DNA from: Euglena gracilis
Lineage: Eukaryota
Reading direction: 5' to 3'
DNA length: 64,000 bases
Assembly: GCA_039621445.1 (NCBI GenBank)
Contig: CP154954.1
Location: 46,851,847 to 46,915,846 of the forward strand
Under the pieces are notes generated by a model that was not told the DNA's origin, ran no database searches, and worked only from the letters and a program-made list of their open reading frames with translations. This document shows, one piece after another, positions 1 through 13,100 of the stretch (position 1 is the first letter of the stretch; each line of letters opens with the position of its first letter). Position numbers and translations under genes: made by a program.

Positions 1-879
1 CTGAGGCCGTCCCACAACAATGATGAACAGCAGTATAGTATGTAAGCAACATACCACAATTTGGGACAGCAGCCAGAACCGACAAAGATCGGAAATCCAG
101 CATATGACACACAAAAAACCGGTTTGAGAATACTTCATGAGCTCCTCCGGTCCCCCCATCACCGGCCCATCACCCTTGCTCTATAAAAAAACAGCTTGCA
201 TTTGCATTGCACACGATTCTCATTGTATCCGACCCAGAAACGATGAGTCACAAAAGCCTGGTCTGAAAACACTTCATCTTCACGCAAGAAGACAAAACAG
301 GTTTTGGCCCACCAAGCTGGCCCATTCAGGGACCATGTAATTTGAGGCACCGCCAACCACTCGAGTGGGTTAGGACCGACAAAGATCGGAAAAACACACA
401 TGAGACACAAAAAGGTCGACAACGGCCCACTTACCCTGTGACAGATATCAAGTTGTGTATTGTAAATTACTCTCACCTCCACAACCTCGCTTTTTGTGAA
501 CTGTGCAGAACTGTGTTTTATTTTTCTTTTTCTGTCGCCTGGCCCACCGGGGCTCGCCGCCAACACTGCTTGCGAACTGAAATACTTGCTCGTTGGCACA
601 GATCCACGAGGGAATCTCATAGGCAGTTTTGTCTCTCTGTTATCCGTTTTTGCGGCACGTCAGAAGGTGGTCACCAAAAGGATCAATGGAGTCCGAACAG
701 AGGGGGCAGGAGCAATTCAGTTGAGGGGATGAGGGGTAAACCAATCCAAAACCTCAGCAACACGCGATATTCATCAGCAGCAAGAACTGAATGACTGTGA
801 ACTGAATCAATGTTGACTGCGCGGGAGGGCAAGACGGACATCTAGTTTTGGAGGGAAGAAGGAGGTTGGTAGAAATGGC

Positions 880-1120
880 GGGCAATGTCACGTGGAGGGG
901 CGCTGTCTTCCAGTTTTGCAAACGGATTGCATGCATGCGCTCGGCCCACCACGTTTGTGAAGCATGATCGGGGGTGGAGAGGGCCAAAGGGGCAGGATTA
1001 GCCAACCATGTTGCCAACGGCTCGCTTCGGGAGCCTAAGGTATCGCAGGATGCCAACGCCAGTGGGAGGGTGTCCGGCAGCAGGGCTGGGAGGTATAGGT
1101 CAAAGTCCTCTACCGCTATC
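880..1120 (-). pseudogene. Degenerate fragment of a CRE-like non-LTR retrotransposon ORF (post-RT region)
   Basis: Translation SEPLATWLANP...HASQTWWAERMH aligns by eye with LEPLQRWLDKP...QQSQHWWTTHLH in ORF 28175..30760. Confidence 0.7.
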
Positions 1121-1470
1121 TGACCCACCTCTACCTTCATCTCTACCTCTATGTCACCTCTATGTCCACAAAATGTCATAAACTGGCGCCAATGAGGCCA
1201 CAAAAGGCTCCAAATGCCTCAAATTTGGCAAATTAGCATCTCAACACATCTTATTTAGGTTGGGAATGAGAAAAAGTATTTGGATGGGTGTTTCAAAAAT
1301 TACCATAAGAGATTTCTGACAATTTCTGTGTTTTCCCCTAAAATTGCCTTCATTCGGCATAACTTTGCTTTGATAAGCCACTTTCCTTAAAAGTTTGACA
1401 TTGAGGTGAGGGATAGTAGAGGTAGAGGTGGCCGCAACCTCTACCTCCACCTCTAACTCCATCCCTCTAA
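1121..1470. repeat. Small element with CTCTAC/GTAGAG repeats and a GAGGGAT...ATCCCTC hairpin
   Basis: Repeated ctctac units; the same hairpin motif recurs at ~35552-35620. Confidence 0.45.
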
Positions 1471-1474
1471 CTCT

Positions 1475-2195
1475 TGTAGACCGTTGGGGGTCGTCAACGG
1501 TCTAAGGGGGGGGGGAAGCACCCAAAGGACCATTTTTCAAAGTCGCGCACAACATCGCTAAGTGCGCGCTTAAATTCACTTTTTGGAAACCTTCCAATTC
1601 ATTCTCGAGTTAGAACAAAAACCCCAAAGGTAGCTAATTATCCCCATTTCACAGACATTTGTGGGGTTTTTTTTATTGACCATTATCCGAAGTTGAAGTT
1701 TTGGAAGCGGAATTCAAGTCATCAAGGTTTCTTGGATATTTGACAACTATTTGAATTCTACGGTGGAAGTGGATTGATTCAATTGTGACAGGGGACTTTC
1801 CAACTGCCGGACGCCCTCCGGCCACCTTTTTGACCCATTCCGCTGTGTGTGGACTTCCGGATATCGGTGTTGGTGTGTGGCATTCTTTGTGCTATTTGCA
1901 TTTTTTTGGGTTGGCAAACCAAAGTTCATACATTTCGAAGGATAGCACCAAAGGTTTTCAATGGGAGTTTGGGGAATTTTTGAAATGTTGTTTCCGATCC
2001 TACGCGGGGAGTCCCAGCCGGGAAGGAACCCGGGGGAAACACCCGAAAATGACTTGAGCCCACCATTTTTGGGAAAAAACCCGGTTCCGGCGGGGGCACC
2101 CGCACCCCCCCACGGGCTGGTGGCTGGGGGGACGGACCCCGGCGAGGGGGGGCCTGGCCCGGCCCCGGCACGGGAGGGGGGTGCGGCCCTGAACA
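1475..2195 (+). repeat. 5' LTR of element A
   Basis: Direct repeat of 26577-27298; TGTAGA...TGAACA. Confidence 0.95.
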
Positions 2196-2208
2196 TGGTT
2201 AGCAGAGG
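2196..2208 (+). promoter_or_regulatory. Primer-binding site of A (initiator tRNA-Met-like)
   Basis: TGGTTAGCAGAGG directly after the LTR; one extra T relative to TGGTAGCAGAGG, the complement of the tRNAi-Met 3' end. Confidence 0.75.
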
Positions 2209-2856
2209 TTGCTTCACTGACCCTGTCAGTGAAGAGTTTTCAGAATCCCTGAACACGACAATCACAGGAGTTTTTGCCAGCCCTGTCGGCAAAAAGTTTC
2301 AAGCCCAGAAAACACGGAACGTCTTGATGGCACAGCCAGCAGAAATCTTGCTGAAAATTTTGGCATGGTCACAGATTTTTCAGAATCAAACACGAATGTC
2401 GCTGAATCTGTGAATGTGGAATCACAGAAGTTTTCAGGTCAGCCAGCAGATTTTTCAGAAACCAGCCCCCGCAATCAGAGTGTCAGACCTGCAGAATCTG
2501 TGGAATGTGATGGGTTGTTTCAATCAACTGATTGGTTGAGCGGTTGTAATCATTCAGGCTTTTCTGCAGTTTCTCTCAGCCAATCTTAAATCTCAAAGCA
2601 ATCTCAATTCAATTCATTTCCCAGCTCCCAGTCATTTAACACACAATCACAGGTTGCCTCAGATGATAATTCAGATTTCTCGTCTGAAAAATCAGGGGTT
2701 AGCCCTGAAAACCCAGTCCCCGTAAGGATGATAACTGCACAGGGGGAAAATTCACAGCCAGAAGGGGAAAATCAGCTGGTTTAGTGGGCAGAATCTGCCC
2801 CGTCGTATCAAAGTGACTGTGAAACGGAGGGGGAGGGTGTACAAAACCCAGACCGG

Positions 2857-5800
2857 TTGAGAGAAATGGAACATTTTTTGATTGCAACAGGCTGGGTACC
2901 ACCCAGAAATCAAAAGCTTGAACAAAATCTGCCTGAATTTTCTGCGAATTTCGGGTTTCTGATGCAAACCCCCCAGCTGCACAGCCAGTTTGGAAATAAG
3001 TGTCCAGATTTTGGGACACAAATTCCACAGATCGAGGGGGGTGAACCTGTACTTTTATTGGAGGACAGATTTTCAGTTAACCGTAGATTAACAGCCAACG
3101 AGGAGATGTTAATTTCTACGCAGCCAGCCCCTGAAAATTTAACGGCAGCAGTTTTAACAGCCGAATCTTCTAATCTGGCCATAGGGGGGCCAGCCGGGCT
3201 GTTAAATCAAGCAGGGTCCAACATGGAAATCAGGGGGGATGAGGAAATGGAACCAGAATTACCTGTTTTTCAGCCCCCTGTTTTTGAACCAAAGCCCCCC
3301 GAATCAAATTGTCAGATGATGGGGGGTGATGATTTTGACTCATGGGACCAATGGGCATATGGGGTGGATTGTTATTTACAGGAATTGAGCCGAAGCATAA
3401 CTAACTGGGAGAGCATAATTCCCCCCCCAGCTCGTAATTGAAAATCGGCTGGAAAATTTTGAGAAGAATTTGGCTGAAAAAAATGCCAGAGCACAGGCAG
3501 AACTTTTGCAATTCATCCATGAAAACTTGGAGAAACGAACGGCTGAAATGTGCAGCCAGTTTGAACACGAAAAGCAAAAAAGTCAGGATCAAATTCAGCA
3601 ATCAGTCAGCCAATTTATTTTACGGTGCCAGGAGGGGGGGAGTGCAGTTGAAAACATTGCAAACTGCCACAAACAACTTTTGGGGATCGAAATTCAAAGG
3701 CAGATCGAAGGAAAATTTCATGATTTTGAGAAAAAGTTACGAGATTTTCTGGGCAGTGAACTGGCACAACTTGAGAGCCGTGGAAACGATGTCCAAAACA
3801 AATTGTTTGCACCAGGTGAGTTGGTCGAGCAAGTTGGAATTTGTTTGCATTCTGTTGAGCAAATTAAGTCAGATTTTCAGAAGGAAATTTTGGCAATTCG
3901 ACAAGCAAATCGTGAGCTATGCTCTGGGGTGGACAAAAAATTTGCTGAAATCGCTGCTGGGCTGAAAATGGTGGGGGAGGAATCGAAGTCAAGTTTTGGG
4001 ACCTTAATCCAGGAAATTCAGCAGCGATTTGAAGCAACTAGAAACGAGAGCAAAGCTCTGGGGGGCAGGGTCGCAGCAGTTGAGAAATTTCTGGGAAACC
4101 AGGAGGTGCCTTGGGATAAGGTGGTTGAAATGCTGGGAAAATCAGAAGCAACAATTCAATTGGAAGTTCGGAGGGAAATGGCAGCCCAGGTCAGAAAAAT
4201 GATGGAAATTATGATGGTGCAAATGATGGATGAAAAGCTGAAGCAAACCCGAAAGGAAGAACATTTTGAAAAATTGCAAACTGACTTTGAAAATCGAGTG
4301 AAGCAGCAATTTTTCACAGGTTTGATGAACATGCAGATAGATTTTCAGCGTGAAAAGAGTCAACGGGAGGGTTTGCAAAAACTGTGTCAGACTTTGCAGA
4401 CTCGTTTGGATTTCATGGAGGGGAGGGTTCAGGAAATTTCAGCCGGAAAAACACAGCAAATTGACCCCAAGGCACCTGAAGTGGCCCAGCCCAAGGCAAC
4501 AAATCAGCCGAATTCTGGGATTTTTGGCATTAAGGGGGTGTCACCAGCTCAATCATCTGGGATTTTCGGGATTAAGGGGGTGACCCCAATGATGCCATGT
4601 GAAATCTGGGATGTTGATCTGGGCGGGTGCAGACCATCAAGTAGTTCACAGGGGGGTGCATTTGCAATAAATCAGGTCAGTGGCATTTGTGCCATTGGGG
4701 GGGCACCCCAGCGACCCCCAGTCATAAGTGTTGGTAACCCAGCGGTGCAGCATGTGTTGAGAAATTTGACTGCACCAAAATTTTCAGGGAAATCTCAAGA
4801 TTGGCAGCAATTTTCTGAGGATTGGCAAGCATTTTCACGGAAACTGAATTCTGCAGGGGGGGAAGTGAGTGAAGATTTGAAAGTTGCTCTTTTGGAGGAT
4901 TGTCTTGACGAAACGAGCAAAAAAATTCTGAAGCTCCATCTCAAGGAAGGGGGGATCAATTTTAATGCCGGGTGGGGTCACCTGGAAATGACATTTTCGC
5001 AGAATCAGGAATCTGGGGCAAGGCAAAATTGGCAGCAGGTGAGCCTTTTTAATATGGGCAAAGTAGCCCTTGAGCACTGGCTTTAATTTCAGGCAAATTT
5101 CAAGATGGCCAAGTGCAAGGTTAAGGATGCCGGGGAGGGGGAAGCAAAACGACTTTTGTTGCAGAAACTTCCCTCATTCATCTTGAAATGGGTTTCAGAT
5201 GAGGAGGAAAGGAGGCTGAATAATCAGCCAACTTTACGCCTGAAGGTGCCAGGGAATGGGAATTCAGAAATGGTTTCGGAAAGCTTGGGGAGAATACTTG
5301 GGAAAAGACCCACAAAAGTGTCGGAAATTCACGAGGGGGAATTTGAAATCATTTTCCCTGATATTTCTGCCTATGAAAAAGTCAAGAGTTTTCATGGCAA
5401 AGAGGTTGACGATTCAAACGTTTTGTTTCAGGTTCAGGAAATTGAACCAATTTTGACCACCGAGGATATTTTCAACCTCGTGAAAACAAAGTTGACACTC
5501 AGAAACAAGCATGACGCCTTACAAAGTTCTGTTTCATCCCCAGGCTATCAAGGGTTCAGGCGTTCAAGATCGGTGGGTGCTGAAAATCGAGGGGGGAGGC
5601 AATCGGGGAGTCGGAAGAATTCACCTGGGTCAACCCCGGGTAGGGCAATGACACCTCCCCCAGCCAGAAGCAAATCACAAATCAGCGAAACAGCAAAACC
5701 TGATCAATCTGTTGCGGTTTCATCTTCAAATGTGCAGCCATCAAGCAATTCTTCAAGACTTTCAACGGTGGAGAACCCACCCAATGTGCAAAGACCGGTA

Positions 5801-6084
5801 GTGGGGGGGGCACAATGGATCCCACCCCCCTCACAACCAACAAAGCCGTATGTTGCTAGACAAGCTCCGTGGAATAGAAACAATTTTCAGTCGTATGGCA
5901 AGGGCAGCCAATGGAAAGGGGGGAACAATTCCCAGGGATATGGGGCAAATAACTCCCAATGGTATGCGGGTAACCAACAGGGGTACAAGGGGAAGGGTGG
6001 TAAGGTAAGGAGGAGAGGCAAAGGTTATGACCAGAATTTTAGTGCCAAAGGGGGGAAGGGCAATAACAATAACCCTACACCAAC
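2857..6084 (+). pseudogene. gag: gag-like ORF of element A (disrupted; last 19 codons lie at 18567-18624 beyond element B)
   Basis: Coiled-coil region then PKFSGKSQDWQQF, homologous to GRFSGNADDWPQW of B gag; in-frame TAA at 5084-5086; basic GKG-rich C-terminus; start codon uncertain. Confidence 0.8.
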
Positions 6085-6726
6085 AGTTGGCGGACCGGCC
6101 GCTGCACCTTCCGTTGCCACTATTACAGCGTGCTGTTGTATATAGCGAACCACTGAGCTAATTCAGCATCAAAATAGCGCAAACCGCTCTCTAACTGTCC
6201 TATGTATTTCACTGCAGGCTCCCTCTCTTTACCTATGGTTTCAATTGAAGATTGTGCCTGCTGAATCAAGACCAAGGTCAAATTATATCAATTTTCAAGG
6301 AATTTCAAGGGAATTCAAAGAAAGGCGCTGGAGCGAAGAAAGTGCAAAAGTTCAAGAAAGTCAAAAAACCCAAGGGCGGAGCAAGCAAAAGATTACAAAA
6401 GATTGGATATCTGCTGGCGCAGGAAGAGCAGTACAAGCAGAAAAGGTGTTGGTGCTGGGGTACAAGAAGCCTAGGGGAGGGCAACCAGGCCTTTTCCTAA
6501 ACCCTCCCCACTGCCGGAAGGGACGCCAAGCCGGACTCCCCCCATCCAGCCACTCCCCAAAAGGAGGGCCTTCGGTCCCCGGGAAAGAATCCTACGTGTG
6601 AAGGGGAGTATCCCGAACCTACCCCTCTCCCCAGAGCCCATCGCGCCTACCCCCCACCCCGCCGGTACCCCCTCACGGACCCCCGGGAGTGAAGGCTGGG
6701 CAAAAAACAACAACATTCGGGAAACT
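6085..6726 (+). repeat. 5' LTR of element B
   Basis: Direct repeat of 17920-18562; termini AGTT...AACT. Confidence 0.95.
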
Positions 6727-6737
6727 GGTAGCAGAGG
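6726..6737 (+). promoter_or_regulatory. Primer-binding site of B (tRNAi-Met-like), overlapping the last LTR base
   Basis: TGGTAGCAGAGG, whose first T is the terminal T of the LTR. Confidence 0.8.
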
Positions 6738-7340
6738 TTTTTCACAGAACAAAATTTCGTGGGAACAAACCACACCGACAAGATTGATCCGGCTCCACAG
6801 GCTCACCCCGCCCCGGTGGTGGGTGTCCCCCACCATGGGACTCCCCAAAATGAAAAAGACCGCCCCATACCCAATCCCAATCCCCCGCAGACGCATGCCG
6901 CTGCTCAGTCCCCCTCAGCGTGCACAGCAGAAAAAGAATCCCCCATTTCCTCACCTAGCCCCGCTCAAGAAAAGGCGATAAGCCCAAACCCCCAGCTCCC
7001 ATTCCCACTCCAGCTCATATTCCCCACCCTGTCCACCCCATCCCCACCCTCGTACCTGTCCCAGTCCCTGCGCACCACCCCAGCAGCCACGCCGTCCCCG
7101 GGGGGGTCCGCGGCGGCGTCCGCGGCGGCGTTCGCGCTGGTGCCGCTCCAGCTGCCGGAGTTTCGGCTGGAGTCCCCGCGGGACGCCACGCCGCTGCGGG
7201 CCCGCTTCCCGCTGCTGGCCGTGGCGGGGGCGCTGTTCTCCCCCACCACCACCCCCAGAGGGAGCCGCAAGGGGGATCAAAGGGTGTGGGGGGAACGAAC
7301 CCCCTTTTCTGAAGCCTCATCGTCCCACCAGCCGCTCAAG

Positions 7341-10146
7341 ATGCCAAGGATCCTGGAGGAGATGGACGAGGATGCGGCAGAGGTGGAGTATGACGTGGCA
7401 GAGGAGACGTACGAGCAGACCATCGAGATGTACGACGAGGCTGGGCCCGCAGGTGAGGGATACGAGGAATATATGGCCCCCGAGATGTACCAGGAGGAGA
7501 TGGGTGCCGGGGACGAAGTCCCGGTGCAAGACCAGCCCATGCAGGACGAGTATCCCGGGGTGTCGGAGGAGGTGGCGGTGTTGCTGACGAGCTGCATCGA
7601 CGCCGTGGGTGCCCAAGTCCGCGGCGTGGAGACGAGTCTCGGGCAGGTGGTGGCCCAGCTCGACCTCCTGGGCAACCGCACCCGGGAGATGTGGGATGAC
7701 TGGCCCACCGCGGCGCTGGAGGAGATGGACAAGGAGATCAAGGCCACGAAGGATGCGTCCGCGGCGGCCTATCGGCAAGTGGCGGAGGGGCAAGGCAAGG
7801 TCATCGCGCAGTTCATGGAGACTATCCAAGCCCAGCACGGACGGCTCGAGGGCCAAGTGGCGCAAGCCAAGGCGGCCGCCCGAAAGGCGGCGGATGAGGC
7901 GGCCCAAGCAATCGCCGCCGTGCAGGCTGAGCACCGATGCCGCGAGGCAGAGGTGCAAGGCCAGACGGCGATGGTGCGTGCCGGCCCCGGCGAAGGTGCG
8001 GCCCGGGTGGTGGACCTGGAAACGGCAGTGGAGGTGGCCCGTCTCCGGGGAACCATGGTGACGCGGGAGGAGCTCGCCACGGTGGTGCGGCAGATGGAGG
8101 AGGGAGGTGGACCAAGTGGTGACGGCGCTGTTCAGGGAGATACAGATGGCGAAGGACGAGATCAAGCAGTGGTCTGTCAAGATGTCCGGTCTCCGCCCGG
8201 CCGGGGGACCCCCGGTGTCCGCGGCGGCTCAGACCACGCCGCCAGTGTCCCAGCGCCAACCGTCGTCCTCCGCTGTCCAGCGTGCACCGTCCCATCCGCA
8301 GCCGTCCCGCACGCAAGTGCAGCAGTCCGCGCTGTCGTCGCATCCGTCTGCACCGGCATCGCGTCCCTCCAGCACCGCCGCCCCACCAACGCACCGAGCA
8401 GCGCAGCATCCGGCATCACACCCGCAAGCCGCGACCGTCGCCATGTCCAAGCCGTCAGCACCGGTTCCGGTGCCGGTGGCTGCTGCCCAGTCTGTCCGAG
8501 TCCAAGTCCGACCCGTCTCCAAAGTCTCCGTGCCCGTGTCAATCCAGCCGCTGGGTGCCGAAGGCACCGATCCGCAGTGTGCCGAAGGCACGGTGTACCA
8601 GCAAGCCATCCATCCCAACCCATCGCATGCCATGCATCAGACACCCGCGGTGGCGTTCGCCACCGGGATGTCTCCCCAGCCAGCCGTGCAGTCATCAGCC
8701 CACCCTGCCGGCGGGCCCCCGCCGGTGATGCAGTCCGCGGTGCCGGCTGCGACTGCGGCCACACCGGCGGACTCAGCCAACCCGCCCGCGTCGCGGCTCC
8801 GACCGGAGCTGCGGCTCGTGCGATCCCGCCCGGTACCGACGAATGCAGCACCGATGCTCCTCATGCGTGCGGGGGCGAGCGTGCCCGCACCAGTGAGGGG
8901 AATCGCCATCCGAGAAGTCCAAGCAACCACCCTGCCGCTGGGGGCTCCCCAGCTGCAGATCCTGCCACCGCACCTCCTGGATGCGCTCGGGGGGAGGCAT
9001 CCGGGCCGGTTCTCGGGTAACGCCGACGACTGGCCCCAATGGAGGCGGCGGTGGCTCCCCTACCTCCGCGAGGTGGAGGGGATGGTCCCCCTCCTCACCG
9101 AGGCGCAGCGGGTGGCGCTGCTGTGGAGTACGGTGGACGAGGCGACGGCGTTGCACATCGACCTGATGGTGGAGACCTACCCCGAGATGCCGTTCGAGGA
9201 GCTGTGGGCGAGGCTGGACCTGGAGCTGGGTGGAGACGACCGAGAAGCACTACGAAGGAAGCTCCGTCACCTCAAGGTGGTGACGCGGGGCAAGCTGACG
9301 GAGCGAGAGTGGCGGGAGTACTTCGCCAACGCCAAGGCGCTGGCGATGCAGATCGGGGACATGACGGACGTGGAGATAGCCCGCCTGGTGGTGGATCAGC
9401 TGGGCCAGCCATGGAGGAAGCAGCTGGCCCATGAGGAGGATCGGCGCCGTGACCACGCGGCGCTGGTCCTGGAAGGCCTACCGGAGGATGTGACGGTGGC
9501 GGAGGCGACGGAGATGGTGGTGGAGGAGACGGGTGTCGTGCCGAAGAAGGTGGATCGCCAAGGCAGAAGAATCAAGGTGGTCCCGGCGGATGATGACCAC
9601 CGGGCGGCCATCAAGGCGGTGTACGACCGGCAGAAGCTGTCTGGTGGAGCCATCGTCCGGGTGGCACCGGACACCGTGGAGTTCACCGCCACCCAAGTCA
9701 ACGACCTCATGGTGCGGTGGCTGAGGGTGGACCAGCGGGCCGCCACCATGGGCGACCCCGAGCCGGCCCACCGCAAACCGGCGGCACCCACAAGATGGCA
9801 GCGGGAAGTGGATGTCGAAGATGAAGAGGACGAGACCGACACCACGGCCAATCAAGGAGTCCAGGAGGAGTCCAACATCAAGGAAGTGAAGAAGGAAGCG
9901 GTGAAGAAAGAAAAGGAAGGAGAAGCGAAGAAGGTGGACGAGACCAAGGACTCCAACGATGCCCAAGGCTTGGCTGGCCGAGGCAAAGGCAACCAGCAGC
10001 CGTGGAATGAAGGATGGACCGGCAAAGGTGAAGGCAAGAGGAAAGATGGTGGAAAAGGCAAAGGCAAGGGTAAGGGGAAAGGCAAAGGCGGTGAGAAGGG
10101 TTCCGGCAAAGGAGAAGCGGCCGGGACGACATCGACGCAGCAATGA
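7341..10146 (+). CDS. gag: gag-like ORF of element B (one frameshift near 8100)
   Basis: ATG 7341 (MPRILEEM...), coiled coil, Pro/Ala linker, capsid-like region homologous to A gag, GKGKGK tail, TGA 10144-10146. Confidence 0.8.
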
Positions 10147-13100
10147 CGGGGCCGTCCAGGTGAGGGGAAGGGCCTGGACCGGCAGTCAACCCCCCAGCCG
10201 ACATCCGCACCAGGGACGAGGCTGGTAAGAGCGGTGGAGTATGAAGAAGAAGGATGGCGGCTGGTCCAAAGAAAGAGAAGAGGCAGGAAATCTCCAAAGG
10301 AAGGGGAGAGACCCTGCCTGCGGCAGATGTCGAAGGCGAAGCCGACACCATCGTCCCCATCAACATCACCGAGAGTGCCGAAGGCGAAGGTGACATCATC
10401 GTCCTCATCAACGCCGACGGCATCGGCAACGAAGACATCATCGACCTCATCAACGCCGGCGGCATCGGCAACGAAGACAGCATCGAGATCGAGTCTACCA
10501 AGATCTACGTCATCGCCATCAACAACACCGACAACATCATCACCGAAGGCATCACCAAGTATCCACAAGACACCACCACAAGAAAGACAAGCACCGGCGA
10601 AGGAGGTGAAGAAAGCACCGGCGAAGAAGGAGAAGACAGAGCCGGTGAAGAAGGCGGCGAAGGAAGAGAAGGAAAGATGGGCGCTGGACCTGTTCTCCGG
10701 AACGGGAAGTGTGAGAAGAGCGCTGGAGAAGATGGGCTTCAAGGTGATCAGCGTGGACTGGGATGAGAAGTGGAAGCCGGACATCGTGGCCGATGTGAGG
10801 AAGTGGAGGTACTGGGAGCAGTACGCTCCCGGCCATTTCGAGGTCATCGCGGCGTCCCCGCCCTGTACCGAGTACTCCGCAGCCCTCACCACCCGCAAGA
10901 CGAGGCTCCGCATGGCGGACGCGGTGGTGAAGGCCACGAGGGAGCTGGTGGAGTACTTGGCGCCTACGCGGTGGTGGATTGAAAACCCGAGGTTCGGCTT
11001 GCTGCGGTGGCGACGAGTCCTGCGCGGAGTGCGGTACGTGGATGTGGACTACTGCCGCTTCGCGGAGTACGGGTATCGCAAGCCAACCCGCTTCTGGGTC
11101 AGCGACGCGATGGCGAAGGAGCTGGACGACGTCATCTGTGGTGGAAAGTGCGGCAGTAGTGGAAGGACCAGATGGCGTACGACGACATCGGCTGCAGCTG
11201 GGAGGCAGTGGCGCCGAGCGCAGGTGCACAAGGGAGCAGGCCTACCGCATCCGGGAGGGGGTGGTGCGGTACCTGTGCCTGGGGGAAAGGGCACGGGAAG
11301 AAGTGGCGGTGGTGGAGGAGGCGAAGAAGGTGCGGAAGGTGGTGGTGCGGCCGTGGCAGCACCTCCCGAACCGGCCGTTTACGGTCGGCCGGATGGAGCA
11401 CCGTGGGTGGTGCTACCAGCTGCTGATGGATGTGGAGGTGGAGGCAGGCGGGATGAAGATCCAGGCGAAGGCCTTGATCGATACGGGGGCGCAGACCTCC
11501 CTCGTGAAGAAGGAGCTGTTCCCGGAGTCGGTGTTCCACGCGGCGGCGAGACCCTTGGTGCTACGCACGGTGAGTGGAGAGGCGCTACCCGGAGGACAAC
11601 GAGAAGCAGAGCTGAAGCTGTCGTTCGCGGCCCATACCGAAGACGAGGAGCGGAGACCGAGGACGTGGACGACGAAGGTGGTGGCGTACGACGGTTGCAT
11701 CAGCACGGATCTGATCCTGGGGTATCCGTGGCTGCGGGAGAACCGCCTGGATGTCCAGCCATGGCGCGACACCTTGCAGCTCCACGCGGACCCCAAGTGG
11801 ATCCTGAGGCGGCGTGGAGACGAAGAGAAGAAGGAGGAAGATGGCGATGAAGACGAAGACGAGCTGGACGGCTACCTCTCCACGGTGAAGAAGATGCGGC
11901 AGCTGACCACGGACGAGGCAGCAGTCCGAGAGGTGGTGATGATGCTGAAGGAGGCCGAAGAAGCGGCGAAGGCGGTGCGAGGGGTGGTGGAGACAGAAGG
12001 CGACGTCGACCATCCCTTGACGCGGCAGCTGCGGGACGAGATCGTCAACGAGTTCGAAGGCCGGGTGTTCCGAGAGCGGGTGTGGCCGTGTCCCCCGGCG
12101 CGGGGCACCCATGGGAAGGCGGTGCTGAGGCTGAAGCCGGGGGCAACTCCGGTGGTGGGCCGGATCATCAACCTCAAGGGCGAGCGGCTGGAGGCCCTGA
12201 GGGAGATGGAGCGGGAGTGCCTGGCGGACGGCAAGCTGGAGGCGGGGCGGGGGCCGTGGAGGGCGGCCGCCTTCCCCATCCGCAAGAAGTCGGGCAAGTG
12301 GAGGCTGGTGTGCGACTACAGCTTGACCAACAAGATGCTGCAGATGGACTCCTACCCCCTACCGCTGACGGAGGACATCGTGAGCGAGCAGGCGAAGTGC
12401 GAGATCTTCTCGACGGTGGACCTGCGGGACGCCTTCCACCAGGTGGCCATGGCGGAGGAAAGCCGACCCATCACCAACATCCACCTGCCCGGCGGCCTCT
12501 GGCAGTGGACCGTGGTGCCCCAGGGCATCAACTTCGGTCCGGCGCTGCTCCAGAGGGACATCGACGCGACCTGCCGCAACGTCTCCGCCCACACCCACCC
12601 CTACTTCGACGACATCCTGGTGAGCACGAGGCGGCTGCCGGGGTGGAGCGACGAGGAGCTGATCAGGCGGCACGCGGGGGATCTGCGCGAGACCCTGCGG
12701 GCGCTGGAGGCGGATCGGTGGGTGGCGGACAAGAAGAAGGCGCAGCTGTTCCGCAAGAGGGCGGAGTTCGTGGGGCACGTGCTGGTGGAGGGCAAGCGCG
12801 TGCCCGCGAGCGGCAAGCTGGTGGCGGTGCAGCGGTGGCAACCCCCGGCCAATGTGACGAGTTTGCGCACCTTTCTCGGCCTCTGCAATCATTATTCGGG
12901 GTATGTACGTATGTACTCGGAGCTGGCCGCCCCCCTGCAAGAGAAGCAGAAGCTGCCGCGGGATTTATCCCGGGCGGGCAGCAAGCACCCCATCGGGTGG
13001 TCCGCGGCCGAGCTGGAGGCGTTCGAGAAGCTGAAGGCAGCGCTGGTGGCGGACCTGGAGCTGTGGCACGTGGACATGAACAAGCCGTTCGTGTTGCGCA

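Noticed and set aside
60-420. Repeated ACCGACAAAGATCGGAAA motif (~78 and ~376)
   Set aside because: Two copies only at the window edge; no function assignable
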